Notes: generated by a model from the sequence alone, not told the origin. A stretch of DNA of 64,000 nt from Octopus bimaculoides (GCF_001194135.2 NC_068982.1:37790657-37854656); one strand, 5' to 3'. Positions 51,741 to 64,000 are shown, counted from the stretch's first letter. A program made the numbers and translations.

Positions 51741-52087
51741 CTACCACCCTAACATATGATAATGTATAATAATAATAATACTGGTTTTCATATTTTGTGT
51801 AAGAACATGGATAAGCGATGTGGTGGTTGGCATCTTTGTGTATATGATAATGTCTGTTCTGCTGCTATGAACTAGAGTATTGTGTATAAGTAGTGTGAAA
51901 TTATGACTGACTTGGCTGCTCTCAGTATCTATTGCTAGTTAGAATAAATGACATCATATATCAATTGCTTATATTGTAAACAATTAAACCCATTTATGAA
52001 GGTTTAATCTTGGTGTTGTCATCCATCATACAATATATCAATTTTATGCTGATTCACAGCTTAGTCATAAGGTTCTTCTTTTCTTAC

Positions 52088-52210
52088 CTGTTCAGCTACA
52101 AGGCAAATAGGATGAGGGATCAATTCTAAAATCCAAATTGTGTTGGTCAAAGTCTTAGATCTGGATCTTGGTGATTTTGTAACAATTTTTACACTTATGC
52201 TTTATTTTCT
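52088..52210 (-). other. Candidate antisense non-coding exon
   Basis: Minus acceptor aaatctctttccttcttcag and donor CAG|gtaaga; 123 nt with stops in all three frames. Confidence 0.3.
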
Positions 52211-54033
52211 CTGAAGAAGGAAAGAGATTTAAAAACAAAGGAAGCTTGTAGAGCCATATCTATGAGTATTTTGTTGAGTTACAGTTGTGAGGCTAAGTCA
52301 CATTCTGATTTTAATTCAATATCAATAAAAGAACCTGGACTAGATAAATCTCTTAAATGCTTATAACTGTAGTTTTCTTGTCTCCTGTTACAATTCCATT
52401 TCTGTCTTGCAATATAATTTGACCTAGTGCTCGACTTGTATTTTATTGTGTTGAACTTAGAAGGACAAATGGCAAAGTTGATTTCAATGAGATTGGAATT
52501 CAGAATGTAAAAGACCATAACTAAATATTTTGTCCGAAACTTTCATGATCCTGCAAACTCACAACTCAACAGTAACAGTCTTGCACAAACTTTATAAAGT
52601 TTATTGTTTGCAATATATATCGGTGACAAAATTTGCAGAATTCACTTCCACTAAAGTTTGAAAACTTCCAAAATTTTCTAGTCAGAAATCATCATCATCA
52701 TCGAATATAATAATTGTTTCAGTGTTGCTTATAACTTATACATGTCATTCTTCCTCATAGTTTTTTCTGGTTATACTAAAGCACAATGTTATATATTCCT
52801 ATTCTCTGGCAGGCTGATATTGCAGTGGTTAATTCTCAGCAAATGGAATATGTGACCCAGTTTTGATTAGCAACAGGAATGACCTCATAAAATATATTTA
52901 TGCTCTTCAGAAAGCGATGAATACCACAATATCTTATTTCTATTGTAACTCTAAACATGATATAAAGTTAATCTAATAGTTGTATTTAATTTTCTAATCC
53001 TCTCATTTATTTGTTTATTAGACCTGACCTTACTTCATGTGTTGGTTATTAACCTATTCATGCTGATCGTCCATTTAAACTGACACTTAATTTATAAGGG
53101 TATAAAACAAATACTTGATACAAATTGTGATTTGTGTATGATCTGCATCAAAGAATGAAACATGTTCTTAATACATATGCAGTCTGTATCAAACGAATTT
53201 CAATGAAATTTTTTTCAGTTGTTATTTAGGTCAAAATAATAGTATCTGTGAATTTTCAGGCAATTTCATTCAATAGAAAACTTTCAGCAGGAATGGGTTA
53301 ATATATATTGTCTATCTTCTCATTAGATCTATATGTATATCTTATACTTGACTAACAGCAGGTAAACATTTTAGTGTAGCATTCATATAATCATATAAAA
53401 TAATTTTGCTTAATTTTTATTTATTTTCTCTCATATACTAGTTATAGATACTATTTAAATGAAGTATGGAATAAGTTTTAAATGAGAAAAAATTTACTCT
53501 ACTGTGAAATTTTTTAAAGGTTAGTAAAACAGTACAATATCTTGAACTTGTTTATCTCTGATTTCTCTGATTTACTTTTCTTATTTACATTTTGGCTTAC
53601 ACAATAACTAGGATATTTTATCATCCCAGATAATATTGCTGTTAAGTTAACTCTTCAATTGTAAAGATTTTCTACTTTGGTATTTAAACAATTCTTTACA
53701 TATTTCAACACTGTTGAACTTCTATAAGAAAACAGGTAATAGTACTAAGCTAGCTATATAAGAAATTTTTATTGAACCAGCCAACAGTACTTTAAATCAA
53801 TCCTTTTAAACTAGCTATATGTTCAACAATTGATTTTAGTTGTCACAAATAGAACTACTTATTCAAGGTAGAGGCAGTGTTGGTGGTGTGGATGGCTAGC
53901 TTTAAAATACTACTACAAGATAATTCTGAAACATGTCATGTGGTTTTACGTCACAGTCACAGATGGGGGCTCCATGCATATGCCGAAGCAGAAGTCAACA
54001 ACACTGGCTGATTTCAAATTTATCTTTTTTCAG

Positions 54034-54505
54034 CCTTAATTTTAACTTAGCTGTAATGATTGGTTGTGGAGATATTATTAAAAATGTGTTTTTAAACAAT
54101 GAGACAGATTCACCATTTGATTGGGATCAGCTGTTTTTACATTCTGAACACTCTGGTCGTAGCTTACAACATAACCAGTCACAGAATTACTATGCAAACA
54201 CATACACAAATTCACTCAATCATAAAACATGTCTACCAACTTCAACAGTTGATGGTTCTAAAAGATTATGTGTTGAAGATAATATATCCAACAGATATTT
54301 TCCAAATAATGCTGAACGGATCTTGCCATCTGTGCCAAAACGTAATGCAAGTTTTACAAAAGCTGTTGGTGGAGCAGACAAGAATTCTAATAATTCAAAT
54401 GAAGTCAGCTGGCTCAATAATATTTCAGAAAATGGACTTTACAAAGCATCTGCACGAAACTCTAGTTTCTGTTATGCTGTTAATTCATCATCTCATGCCA
54501 CAAAG
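54034..54505 (+). CDS. Large exon of an unidentified protein-coding gene (N/S-rich, probably disordered; possible start ATG 54056)
   Basis: Lies within the 198-aa ORF 53933-54529, the longest N-free ORF in the window. Acceptor tttatcttttttcag at 54033, donor AAG|gttagt at 54506 (phase 0). No TE motifs. Confidence 0.65.
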
Positions 54506-54646
54506 GTTAGTGAGTGTTATAATGTATAATTGTTCTGCAGACTTGGCAAATTTCTTTTATGATAGACTAATGATAAACTAATGTAGCATAATGTTTTGTT
54601 TGTGATTTTTTAGAATACATTCTCCATAAAAGTATATGCTTGTTGT

Positions 54647-54690
<44 letters not shown>

Positions 54691-55341
54691 GTACAAACAT
54701 GTGTGTGTGTGTGTGTGTGTGATTATGTTTTATTGCAAAAATTTAAGTAGAAGTGAGTGAAAATACCATATATCTTGTTTAAAGATTAAACATTAAAATA
54801 TATACCTTTCTATTTTATAAATGTTTATATTCCCTTGGCAATAATAGTTAAAGGTTGTAATATCTTGCTGGATCTGTTTTGGTCTTATTTTTTTACCTAC
54901 TTTTATAAAAGAATTCTTATCATATAAAAGAATTTTTATCATTTTGAAGCTATAACATTGTTAATATGATTAGGAAATATCAAAAATACTATTTTTTACA
55001 AAAAGTCCTGTACTTTGCAAAAAGCTTGGTACTTTACAAGCTGTATAGTTATGCTTTTTAATAAAACGATAATACTATCATTATATATTTTTATGGATTT
55101 TTTAAAATGAAGTTTAAATCTATTTATTTAAAATTAATATATCAAATGAGAATGGTAATATTTATACATGCTTCAGTCTTAGGGTAACCAACAACAAATT
55201 TAAATCTGATAGACATACCTTGTTTTCATATTTTTTAGAAAAATTATTTGAATTATATTGCATTAAATTAAAAAATTTATATAATTTACATTAGATAATT
55301 TTGCTTTTGTATTTATTGAAGATACTCTGAAATTTTATAAG

Positions 55342-55378
55342 GTTTCCTAAAACTCGGAAGAAGTTGAATATTTTGAAG
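55342..55378 (+). CDS. Candidate small exon (FPKTRKKLNILK)
   Basis: Acceptor aattttataag, donor AAG|gtcagt. The open frame needs a phase-2 entry, which the main frame of the 54034 exon does not supply. Confidence 0.3.
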
Positions 55379-56029
55379 GTCAGTAGATATGTAAACAGGA
55401 ATAGAAACAATAAACAAGGTTTATTTTGACATAAGAAAGTAAGAAGACAAAAAAATACTTCTGAACTATTGTGGGTGTTTGCTAGAAATAGTAAATGGGT
55501 TCTTTTGTCTTAGGGGACTGAGTTGATAGAATATTGGACAACCAAATGAGAGATTGATGGTTAATTTTCTTCCAGTAAATAGTACTTTGTGTTTATAGCC
55601 AAGGCAAGCTCTGAAATGGGTCACTTCACCTACCTGTAAATAAACATCACATGGTTGAAATATCTTTTATTTATAGTGAATTAATGTAAAATGAATTATT
55701 GTTTCATTAATTTGTTGATCAGTTTCAAACCTTACTATGGATTTAATATGAAGAGAAATGTTCAAAGTAAATTTGACAGGATAAGTGTAAGCAGACTGAG
55801 AAATTCTTTTTATTATTCATTTTGATTAACATTTACATATCATCAAAATTGTGTCTTTGGATCTCTTGTGCAAATGGTATCTTGTAATTTCCTAAAGATC
55901 ATTTTAACACAAGTTTGAACTAACTGGATGAGAAAGAGAGATTTTCTGTGTTTTTTGTGGTTTTTTCTATTGAGTTAGGTATCCAATATATTTTGATATG
56001 TATTCAGGTTTAAGTGGTGGTTCCATCAG

Positions 56030-56745
56030 AGACATGCAAAGTAAACTCAGTGCCTGTTAGTATTCATTCCATGAAATAAATTATAGTTGTTTTGAAATCT
56101 TGTGCAGAGTTTTAATGCAATAAAAGAATTTCTTTCTTTTGTATTTGCTGGATTTGGAGGAAGGGTAGTTCCTCTTGAACCTTTGTAAGTCAACATATGC
56201 AGAAAAGACATAAGCAGGGAATTCCAGAGGGCCAATATTCTGAGAAGGAAGGTCTAGGAGTAGTCATTAGAATGGGACTTGGGGTGTTAGAAACAATGAA
56301 TGTGATGAGATAAGGATAGACAGCTGGGTTAGGAATGCCTGAGTGGAGTGGCACAAACTGACCTCACTCCAAAGTGCAGAGGACATAATAGTAACAATAG
56401 AGAAGATAGCACTCTGTTGGGCCAGAAGCTGAAGTATGTCTGTGAGTGATTTTATGCCAATCAGTCAGGTGGCTCTTTTCTGGTCTAAGATGTTTGTATG
56501 TGCTGCTGCTGCTACTACTGCTGTACCACCACCACCACCACCATCATCATTATGGATAAGTAAAGTGCCAATATTTGCTGGGGGATAACCGTTCTGTGGT
56601 CCTGAAGAAAAGGAACAGTCATTTGGATGCAGTCCTAGCTATGTTAAAAACATGCTTTCACTAGGAGAGATACTCAGTGATAGGGAAACTCAACAATTGG
56701 AGTGATTGTGAGAGCTCTAACTGAGTGCAGTTCATGATTAAGCAG
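56030..56745 (-). mobile_element. L2/Daphne-like LINE 3' relic
   Basis: Minus KHVFNIARTASK*LFLF...ILD.KRAT*LIG.KSLTD.LQ.LA...ALWNSL, interrupted by a GCT/ACC/ATC microsatellite. Confidence 0.7.
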
Positions 56746-56974
56746 CGTGTGGTATGATGATGTTTTCATGATCTGAGTATCATATGTTTTTTAGTTGTTT
56801 AAAGCAACAAGATTAGTGTGTCCCTATTGTAGGATGCTTTTTAGGCCTCTGATTACAGAGTCAATCTGAATTAGAACAAAGAGGTATTCTTGAATAGTTT
56901 GACATGAGATTATAAGGCATACATGGATTGAAACAGCCTGATAGTCAGGAACTATATCTTGTAATTGTCTGGAT

Positions 56975-58099
56975 TGAAATAAGAGTGAGTAGAGTGACAG
57001 TGTGGCTTCTTATAATAATGTCTTAAAGTAATGTAATCCTTTCAAGTATTGACTCTAAATCAAGAAATTAATTTGATTAGTCTAAATCCTAATATAGGCT
57101 TTTGTTAGAAGAACTGATATTAAAATGGACTTACATTTGCAACACTCCTGTTATAATAAAATTTTATCCTTTAAATTTCATCATACTATAATGATTAAGA
57201 ATAGCTCACTTCACAAGAATACTCTACATAATTGTGGCTGAGTCCTTCACTTTAAACATATTCCAGTGTGTAAAATTCCAGAATGTAGATATATAAATAA
57301 CAATTTGTTTTCACAATTGTTATGTTCTTATAAAAGAAGATGAATTTGAGGAAAACTGGTCAAAGTAATAAAAGAAATGAAGTTTGTGAAAGAATAGTTA
57401 TTTTAAGATTTTGAATGTTTCTTGTTTGTGTTTGTATTTCGATTAGCTTTCAATAAATATCCTAAATTCAACAACATTTCCTTTTTCTCATTTTAAAGGA
57501 TGATAATGCCATTTCAAAAATTTTTATATCTTGCTCTTCAGAAAAAGTAAAGAAAAAATCCTAAGTAATTGATTTCATTTTGAAAGAATACATTTTTGGA
57601 TAGCTTGTTCTAATTTTCTGTTGGAGAACTTTGTTTCATATGAGAAATATCCAGCAGTAGTAACACCATGGATGGTAGTATATAGAGTCAGAGATACAAT
57701 TTTAATATTTGCTTTACTTATTCTATCCATTTATCATTTGTAGATGGAAAACAAGAATTTGAGTGTATCACTTGAGCAAAAGCATGAATGAAGATGCAAA
57801 TAATAATAATTAAAATAGGAGTGAGTTGGGTGATAATGTGGCTTCTGATAATAATATCTTAGAGTAATATAATAATTTAAAGTATTGACTCTAAATCAAG
57901 AAACTAATTTGATTAGTCTAGATTCCAATTTAGACTTTTGTTAGAATAATTGGCATTAAAATAGACTTTTATTTGCAACATTCTTATAACGATGAAATTT
58001 TATCTTTTAAATTTCATCATACTGTAATAAATAAGAATAGCTCATTTCACAAGAATACTCTATTTAATTGTTGTAGAGTCCTTCAATTTAAACATATTT
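56975..58099 (+). repeat. Diverged direct duplication, about 290 bp (56975-57263 and 57812-58099)
   Basis: Colinear blocks aagtattgactctaaatcaagaa, tttaaatttcatcatact and tcacaagaatactcta occur in both copies. Confidence 0.9.
57499..57546 (+). CDS. Candidate exon (DDNAISKIFISCSSEK)
   Basis: Acceptor cctttttctcattttaaag, donor AAA|gtaaag, 48 nt, phase 0-0. Confidence 0.35.
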
Positions 58100-58302
58100 G
58101 ATAGTGGTTTCAAATTTTGGCACAAGGCCAGCAATTTCAGGGAAGCGGGTAAGTCAATTACATAACCCCAATACTCAACTGGTACTGATTTTGTCTACCC
58201 TTAAAGGATGAAAGGCAAAGCCGAATTTGAACTCAAAATGTAAAGATGGACAAAATGCAAAAGATGGACCTGGCATGCTAACAATTCTACCTGCTCTCTG
58301 CC
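58100..58302 (-). mobile_element. SINE with 12-bp target-site duplication
   Basis: ttaaacatattt at 58088-58099 and 58303-58314 flanks a minus-strand copy of the (ATT)n-tailed family. Confidence 0.85.
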
Positions 58303-58464
58303 TTAAACATATTTCAAATTAAAACCATCATTATTTGCACCATGTACAGTGAGATCTAGAATAAATATTTGCATATTTATTCTTAATATGTCTCGGTAGG
58401 GTCAGAAGCAAAATATGCTAGTTGCTGTAGCATACATCACAAGGGAACAACTTCTCTCTCTTTT

Positions 58465-58600
58465 ACAACAGCAATGTGTTTGAAATTTCCCCAAGACACC
58501 TGAAGAAGGCTGGAGAGTATATCAGCCAAAATGTTGTGTTAACAACAAACCAGATGAGGACAAATATCCGTCAAATGTAAATAATGTAAATAATGTAGTT
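58465..58600 (+). mobile_element. Penelope-like element terminus with decayed hammerhead ribozyme core
   Basis: CTGAAGA 58500-06, stem ggctg/cagcc, AAAA in place of GAAA, and a tail of aaataatgt repeats. Confidence 0.55.
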
Positions 58601-58713
58601 TTGAAAGAAGTTTTTATAAAATTAGTTTTTAAACATTGAATGGCTATGGGGTTCTACCAGAGTAGAACAGTAATCAAAGGGGTCCATAGATAAAAAATGG
58701 CTGAGAACCCCTG
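58600..58713 (-). mobile_element. hAT-type MITE end
   Basis: Minus strand starts caggggttctcagcc, a Charlie-like hAT terminus. The other end was not found. Confidence 0.45.
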
Positions 58714-58734
58714 TTCTAAATGATTACAATTACC

Positions 58735-58992
58735 CTCAGAACATTATTGTCAGCAGCTACATCACATTCAGTCACATGACCTAAATCGACACCTGCTACT
58801 TAAAAGACTGAAAGAGATTGGAATTGAAACTTGCATTGTCAACCTGCAGAAAAGCACCATTCTAATCTGCAAGAATCCTTAGAAAGATTCTTGAGATTTG
58901 AAGAAACATGTTGTCACCAACCTCAAAATAAATTCCTGTTAATTAAATTAGCATGTACTAACTTAATAATAATAATAATAATAATAATAATG
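58735..58992 (+). mobile_element. R4/Dong-like non-LTR retrotransposon 3' end with (AAT)n tail
   Basis: LKRLKEIGIETCIVNLQKSTIL / SARILRKILEI* resembles the R4-clade C-terminus LQK..LL.TARILRKVL. A short UTR and (AAT)n follow. Confidence 0.6.
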
Positions 58993-59109
58993 GTTTCTGG
59001 GTTAGGCACAAGAAAGATTCTTGAGATTTGAGGAGACATGTTGTCATCAAACTTCAAAATAAATTCCTGCTAATTAAATTAGCATGTATTGACTTAATAA
59101 TAATAACAA

Positions 59110-59490
59110 TAATAATAATAATAATGGTTTCTGAGTTAGACACAAGATAAAATTTTTGATGGGAGGTAATCAGCTGATACTATCCATCACAAAAGGATGA
59201 AAGGGTAAGTTCATCAAGACTTGAACTCAGAGTGTTAAGATCTGTTATGAGATATTGCAAGGTATTTTATCCAATGCTGTAATGATTCTACGAGCACAGA
59301 GCAGGGCAAGAAATCTGGGAAATGGGGAAGGAATATCAATCCCAGTATGGACTGATACTTATCTTATGGTACCTGAAAGGATGAGAGACAAGGCTGATCA
59401 TGGCAGTGTTTGAAACATGTAAAACCTTAACTGAATTCTGCAAGGCATTTTCATCAAATGCTATCGTGGTTCTGCCAATTTACTACCTGA
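59110..59490 (-). mobile_element. Two tandem degenerate SINEs of the (ATT)n-tailed family
   Basis: aaaggatgaaagg..ttgaactcagag and gaaaggatgagagacaaggctga..ttctgccaat. Confidence 0.6.
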
Positions 59491-61004
59491 TAGTAAAAGT
59501 AAACTTGGTTTCAATGTCTTAATGCAATTGGTTCCCAAATAGGTAAATAGATTTAGCTGTTGGTTGATATTTTGATTTGATATAGAAGAAAATTTTATCT
59601 TGAAACATTAATTTCTATTAAAATCACTATATTTAAGATGACATCAAGAAAAAGCAGCTTCTTTGCAAAATTTATGTAAATATTAATCTTGTGCTATAGC
59701 AACTAAGTCACTAGTTGATGTCTTAATCTATATTTGAGGTAACTTGGCATTAATCCTATTTAACTGCTTTCTGTGGTTTTCATTTTTGTTCCACTTTTTC
59801 CAGTTAGATCTAAGGGAAGCAATTATGTTATGCATTACAATGTAAAATCCAAGTGGTTGGTGGTACTGAAACAAGGCTTACAATTAGGGTTATTTATAAT
59901 GCTAACATCATATTCATTCCGTGGCTGAAACTAAATTTAAAAGCAAGGAAACATTTGTTTCTGTATTTGATTTTTTTTTCTATATGTTATGATTAGAAAG
60001 AACTTATTTTTTATTAAATTACTTGATGGGATCATAACACTAACGTTTCCTTAAGAATATTATATTAAAAATCAGCATATTTCAAATAAACTTCAATAAT
60101 AATTTATCATCATCGGCAGCATAATTATTTTAATGTTAGCAAGAAAAAATGGAGAAAGGTTGAGAGTTTCTGCCTCACTGCATATCTCCTGTCATCATTA
60201 TCTTGTGTCATCTCCTCTACGAAGGTCAGTATTTTCACATTTCATCTCTTTTTTTATATTTATAGGACTACTTTGGTCAGTCTCTACATCTACTGCCATC
60301 AATCCATAGTGTTCTTTTATTCAATAACGATAATTCTTTGCATTGCAGATCCACTCTGGTGAAGAACACATTAGTTGTTATATCTGATGCAAAGTTATTT
60401 TCTTAACTTACTTATGAGCCTTTCATGTAAAACTGCACATCAAACAAACAATATGTTTCCCTTTCTCTGTTTTCTCTCATCACCATCACCATAAAGCATA
60501 TTGCTTCACACTTCACTCAGCCTGCCCTTTGATCAGAGGGAGAAAAACCTTTGTGTTTGGAAGAGATAACAGATTGATGCAAAAGTAAATATATAACATC
60601 TTTCTATGAGTTTTGTCTCAAGTTATTATAACATCACTTGATCCATCACCATCATTGTGTCACTTAAGCAAGAAAACTTTATTTGCAACTTTCAACTAAC
60701 CAACCATGCTTGACATTTACTTCACTGCTGCCCTTGATGTCAGCTACTCCAGTCTGTTAAGTTCTACTTTTCTATCAGATTTTTCTACATCTTTCATCTT
60801 CTCATTTCTTGCTCTGTCTTGAATTCTTACTTAAATTTAGTTTCATGGTTTTGGGATCAACCTCGCTGTAAGACCCAGAGTTCTAGTAGAATGCACATTT
60901 GATTGAGTGTTTTTTACTATAATTCCAAGCTGACCAATGTTTTGTAAGGATAGACAGAAACTGCAGAAGCCTATCATACTTACTTATATCATTATCATCA
61001 ACAC

Positions 61005-62145
61005 ATTGTTGTTGTCATCGTCATCGCTGACATCTTCATCATCATCTAACATCTATTTTTCATACTGGCCTGGGGTGGACAGTTTGACAGGATTCAAAAA
61101 AGCAGAAAACTGCATCATGCTCCAATATCTACTTTGTATGGTTCCTATGGCTAGATGCTCTACCTAATACCATCTGCTTTTTTTCATGGCAGCAGCACCA
61201 GTGAAGTTGCCGTGTAACACACAAAACTAAGATTCTTCTTAACTGATAAGCACTACAACAGAGAAGAAGGTGGCTTTGTGCTTGGTGTTGAGAAGTTAAA
61301 GTATGAAAGAAGGAGCTGGAACAGGTTTCAGGTTGTAGAGGAGATACATAACTACCCCACATTATATAAGAGTGAGTGGGGGTAATCTGAGTTGAACTGG
61401 AAAGAGAGATAAAGAGGGGGGGTGATGAGATGTCAGAGTGAGACCTCAAGAAACAAGGAGAGAAAAAGGGAGAATAGGGCAGAAGAACAAGAAAAGTAGG
61501 TGGTAGAAGTTACAAGAATGTATGGGAAGAGTGAGAGATGGTTAGAAATGGGAGTGAACGGTGAACAAGAGTGGAGGGATGGTTAATAATATGAGTTGGT
61601 GGAAAGACAGGGGAGAGTAAATGATGACTGACATTATAGAAGGAAGTGACAAGAATTAGAATAGTAATAAAATTGTAGACAAAGAAAGGATGATGATGAA
61701 AGAAAGAAATGTGATGGGTGAGTAGGTTATAGGAATGTGTGTGAGAGATGATAGGAGTGTAGAGTGAGCCAACAGGAAGTGTTTTAGGGGAGAGGAGAGA
61801 GATAAGTTAGTAGCACAGAAATGTGATTAATGTAAAATGTGAGTGGAGAAGGACAATATTAAGAATGAAGGATGGATGTCAAACGAAGTGGTTCTGAGTA
61901 GTGGGAGAGATAACTGATAGCACAGAAAAGGATGGTGAAATATGTAGTTCTGTTTATCATTTAATAACAGCAGCAAAATACTGTAGTAGTTAGGCAAGTA
62001 ATGGAAGAATCATTGATAGAGAAATGAGGAGGTAGTGGGGAAAGCATAACATGGGTAAATTGCGTGAGGGGGCCCAGTTGTATGTATAGACATTATGCTT
62101 CCAGAACCCCGATTTTATTATGATGGGGGAAACTGAGGTTCTGGA
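61005..62145 (-). mobile_element. Old RTE family, full 3' UTR copy
   Basis: Colinear with 48765-49900, from the tail to cttccagaa..atgatggg. Confidence 0.75.
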
Positions 62146-62289
62146 AGCTTAAGTTTGAACACTGTGTACCACCAACCCAATCATCACAGCTCTATGAAGC
62201 TCAAAATTATATATGAGTGTATGTATGTATACCTGTGTGTATGTGTGTGTGTGTGTGTGTGCATCGAGTGTGCATGAATAATGGCATTC

Positions 62290-62500
62290 CACACTTGTTA
62301 TTGGTTGACTGAAGTAGTGATGTTGTTGACATTCCTTGTTGACATTATGACTGGTTGCTCTGTGCTTTCAGAGACCTTTGGCATAAAAAAAAAACCCCTT
62401 ACTTGAAAACTTGTAAGGGATGGCCACAGAAAGAACATCCAGCCATAAAATCCTCCTGCAACCAACTTTCAGTCTAAACCCATGCTAGCATGGATGTTAA
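62290..62500 (+). mobile_element. Short retroelement ending in the RTE tail module
   Basis: cttacttgaaaac..aacatccagccataaaa..acccatgctagcatggatgttaaac, similar to 35880-36020. Confidence 0.5.
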
Positions 62501-62594
62501 ACAAAGTAGCATATGCAAAATTTCTTAGGAAAGATATTATGAAATGTGTGTCCAAACAAAACCTGCTGACTTTTAAATGGAAAGATCTCATTGT

Positions 62595-62811
62595 TTAACC
62601 TTTTAGCATTCAAGCTGGCTATATCTGGCCTTGTTTTATGTTCCAAATGGTTAGATTCAGCTTTACACACCTACCCTACAATGTCATTATAAATATAAGC
62701 AATCACACTATTGATATCTTGATAGTTATGAGACAATGCATGATTAATTTAAAACAATATGAACAAATAAGCATTACATTTGATAAAATGATCTGAATGC
62801 TAAATGGTTAA
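62595..62811. mobile_element. piggyBac-like MITE monomer
   Basis: TTAA|ccttttagcatt ... aatgctaaatgg|TTAA; body matches 3733-4109. Confidence 0.8.
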
Positions 62812-63449
62812 AGTTAATTTTATATTTTGTGTTTTTTTTTCTTATTTTTTACAATGTTTAAATTGGTTCCAGCTTTGATTGTTTTCAGGTACCCTATTTC
62901 TATTGACTGGCTTTTTATTTACTCTTAAAACCTTTATATCAGAAGCTGGTTTCAGTCTTCTTAATCATTATGCTATTATTCTGTTGGCCAATTACCAGCT
63001 AAATCAAGATGTGTAAAACAAAAAACATGAACAAAAAGAATGAAGTCTTAGTAATAAATATGTAAGCAATGATGTCAGTTTATGGAGAGAATGGAATAAA
63101 TTCTTATACTTTTAAATACCATTTGGAGTATGATAACTCCAGTGCAAATGTGCAATGTATTTCAGCAATGTAAAACATAGTGTTTGTATATAATAAAATA
63201 ATGTGGTGTGTGTGTGTGCATGTGCATGCATACATCTGAGAGAGAGAGAGAGAGAGAAGGTCTTTATCAAAGTACCAACCAGCATAGAAGCTGCAGGCAA
63301 AGGACAAACTCTGGAGAAAATATAATAATGGCTCTTTTTATAATATTTAAGGGTCTCCAGAGAGCTGTTGAGGAAGAAAACACATCAAAAAGTAAACAGT
63401 CTGATTGGCTGAAAATGATCACAAAAACAATGATGTGTTTTGTTTACAG

Positions 63450-63509
63450 GGTTACTATACTCATCCAAACAAGGTCATGTTTGGTTCATCAACAAGTGTA
63501 CCCTTGCTG
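63450..63509 (+). CDS. Candidate exon (GYYTHPNKVMFGSSTSVPLL)
   Basis: Acceptor gtgttttgtttacag, donor CTG|gtaaac, 60 nt, phase 0-0. Confidence 0.4.
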
Positions 63510-64000
63510 GTAAACTGAAAATGAAGTATAAATTTTCATTATTGGAGGCAATTTTAATGCTATAATGAATGTATGTATATTTGTCTATGAGTGTGTATCT
63601 GTGTGAAAGTGAGAAAGATGAACTTAAAGTATGACATTTATAATGAAATAGTCTTACAACTGTTTCTGGGATATTATGGATATCCCTTCATCAGAGATGG
63701 TATGAGAAAATTATTGTGGAAATGGAGGAGATAGAGAATATAGAAGGAAATAAGAGAATGAAAGTAGAAATAAGATATATAAAGATATTGTAGTTGCAGT
63801 TCCATTATTTGAGGAAAATGGAGTAAAGAAATGGTAAAAAGTTTCCTGTACATGGTATGTAAGTTCCAATAGCAGTTCATGTTTAGTCATTTCAAAGTAT
63901 GGAGCCATGGAATCGGTGTTACAGTGTTGCTCATTCGAAAGGGTTTTGTGGTGTAAATGAAAATTTGAGAATGTATTGGTAGTATTTGTGTATAGATGGG

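Overview
AT-rich, repeat-dense animal genomic DNA with nine N-gaps, nearly all next to microsatellites. The repeat families (tRNA/CORE-type SINEs, RTE LINEs with (GAT)n tails, a TTAA-flanked MITE) look to me like Octopus; this is recognition, not a database result. Most of the window is intronic or intergenic. Transposon relics include a near-full-length mariner, a pogo transposase relic, an internally deleted hAT element with an 8-bp TSD, and RTE, Rex3/Expander, CR1, L2 and R4/Dong-like LINE fragments. There are also Penelope-type ends with hammerhead-like cores and many SINEs. No host gene could be named. The best host-gene evidence is a plus-strand exon at 54034-54505, plus several small plus-strand candidate exons predicted only from splice signals and open frames. 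The most unusual observations are that exon, which is open in two frames and has tandem donors 4 nt apart, and a 429-nt splice-bounded frame interrupted only by four TGA codons. An Illumina adapter remnant sits at 35681-35696. I found no CRISPR array, true tRNA or rRNA, and no clearly novel system.
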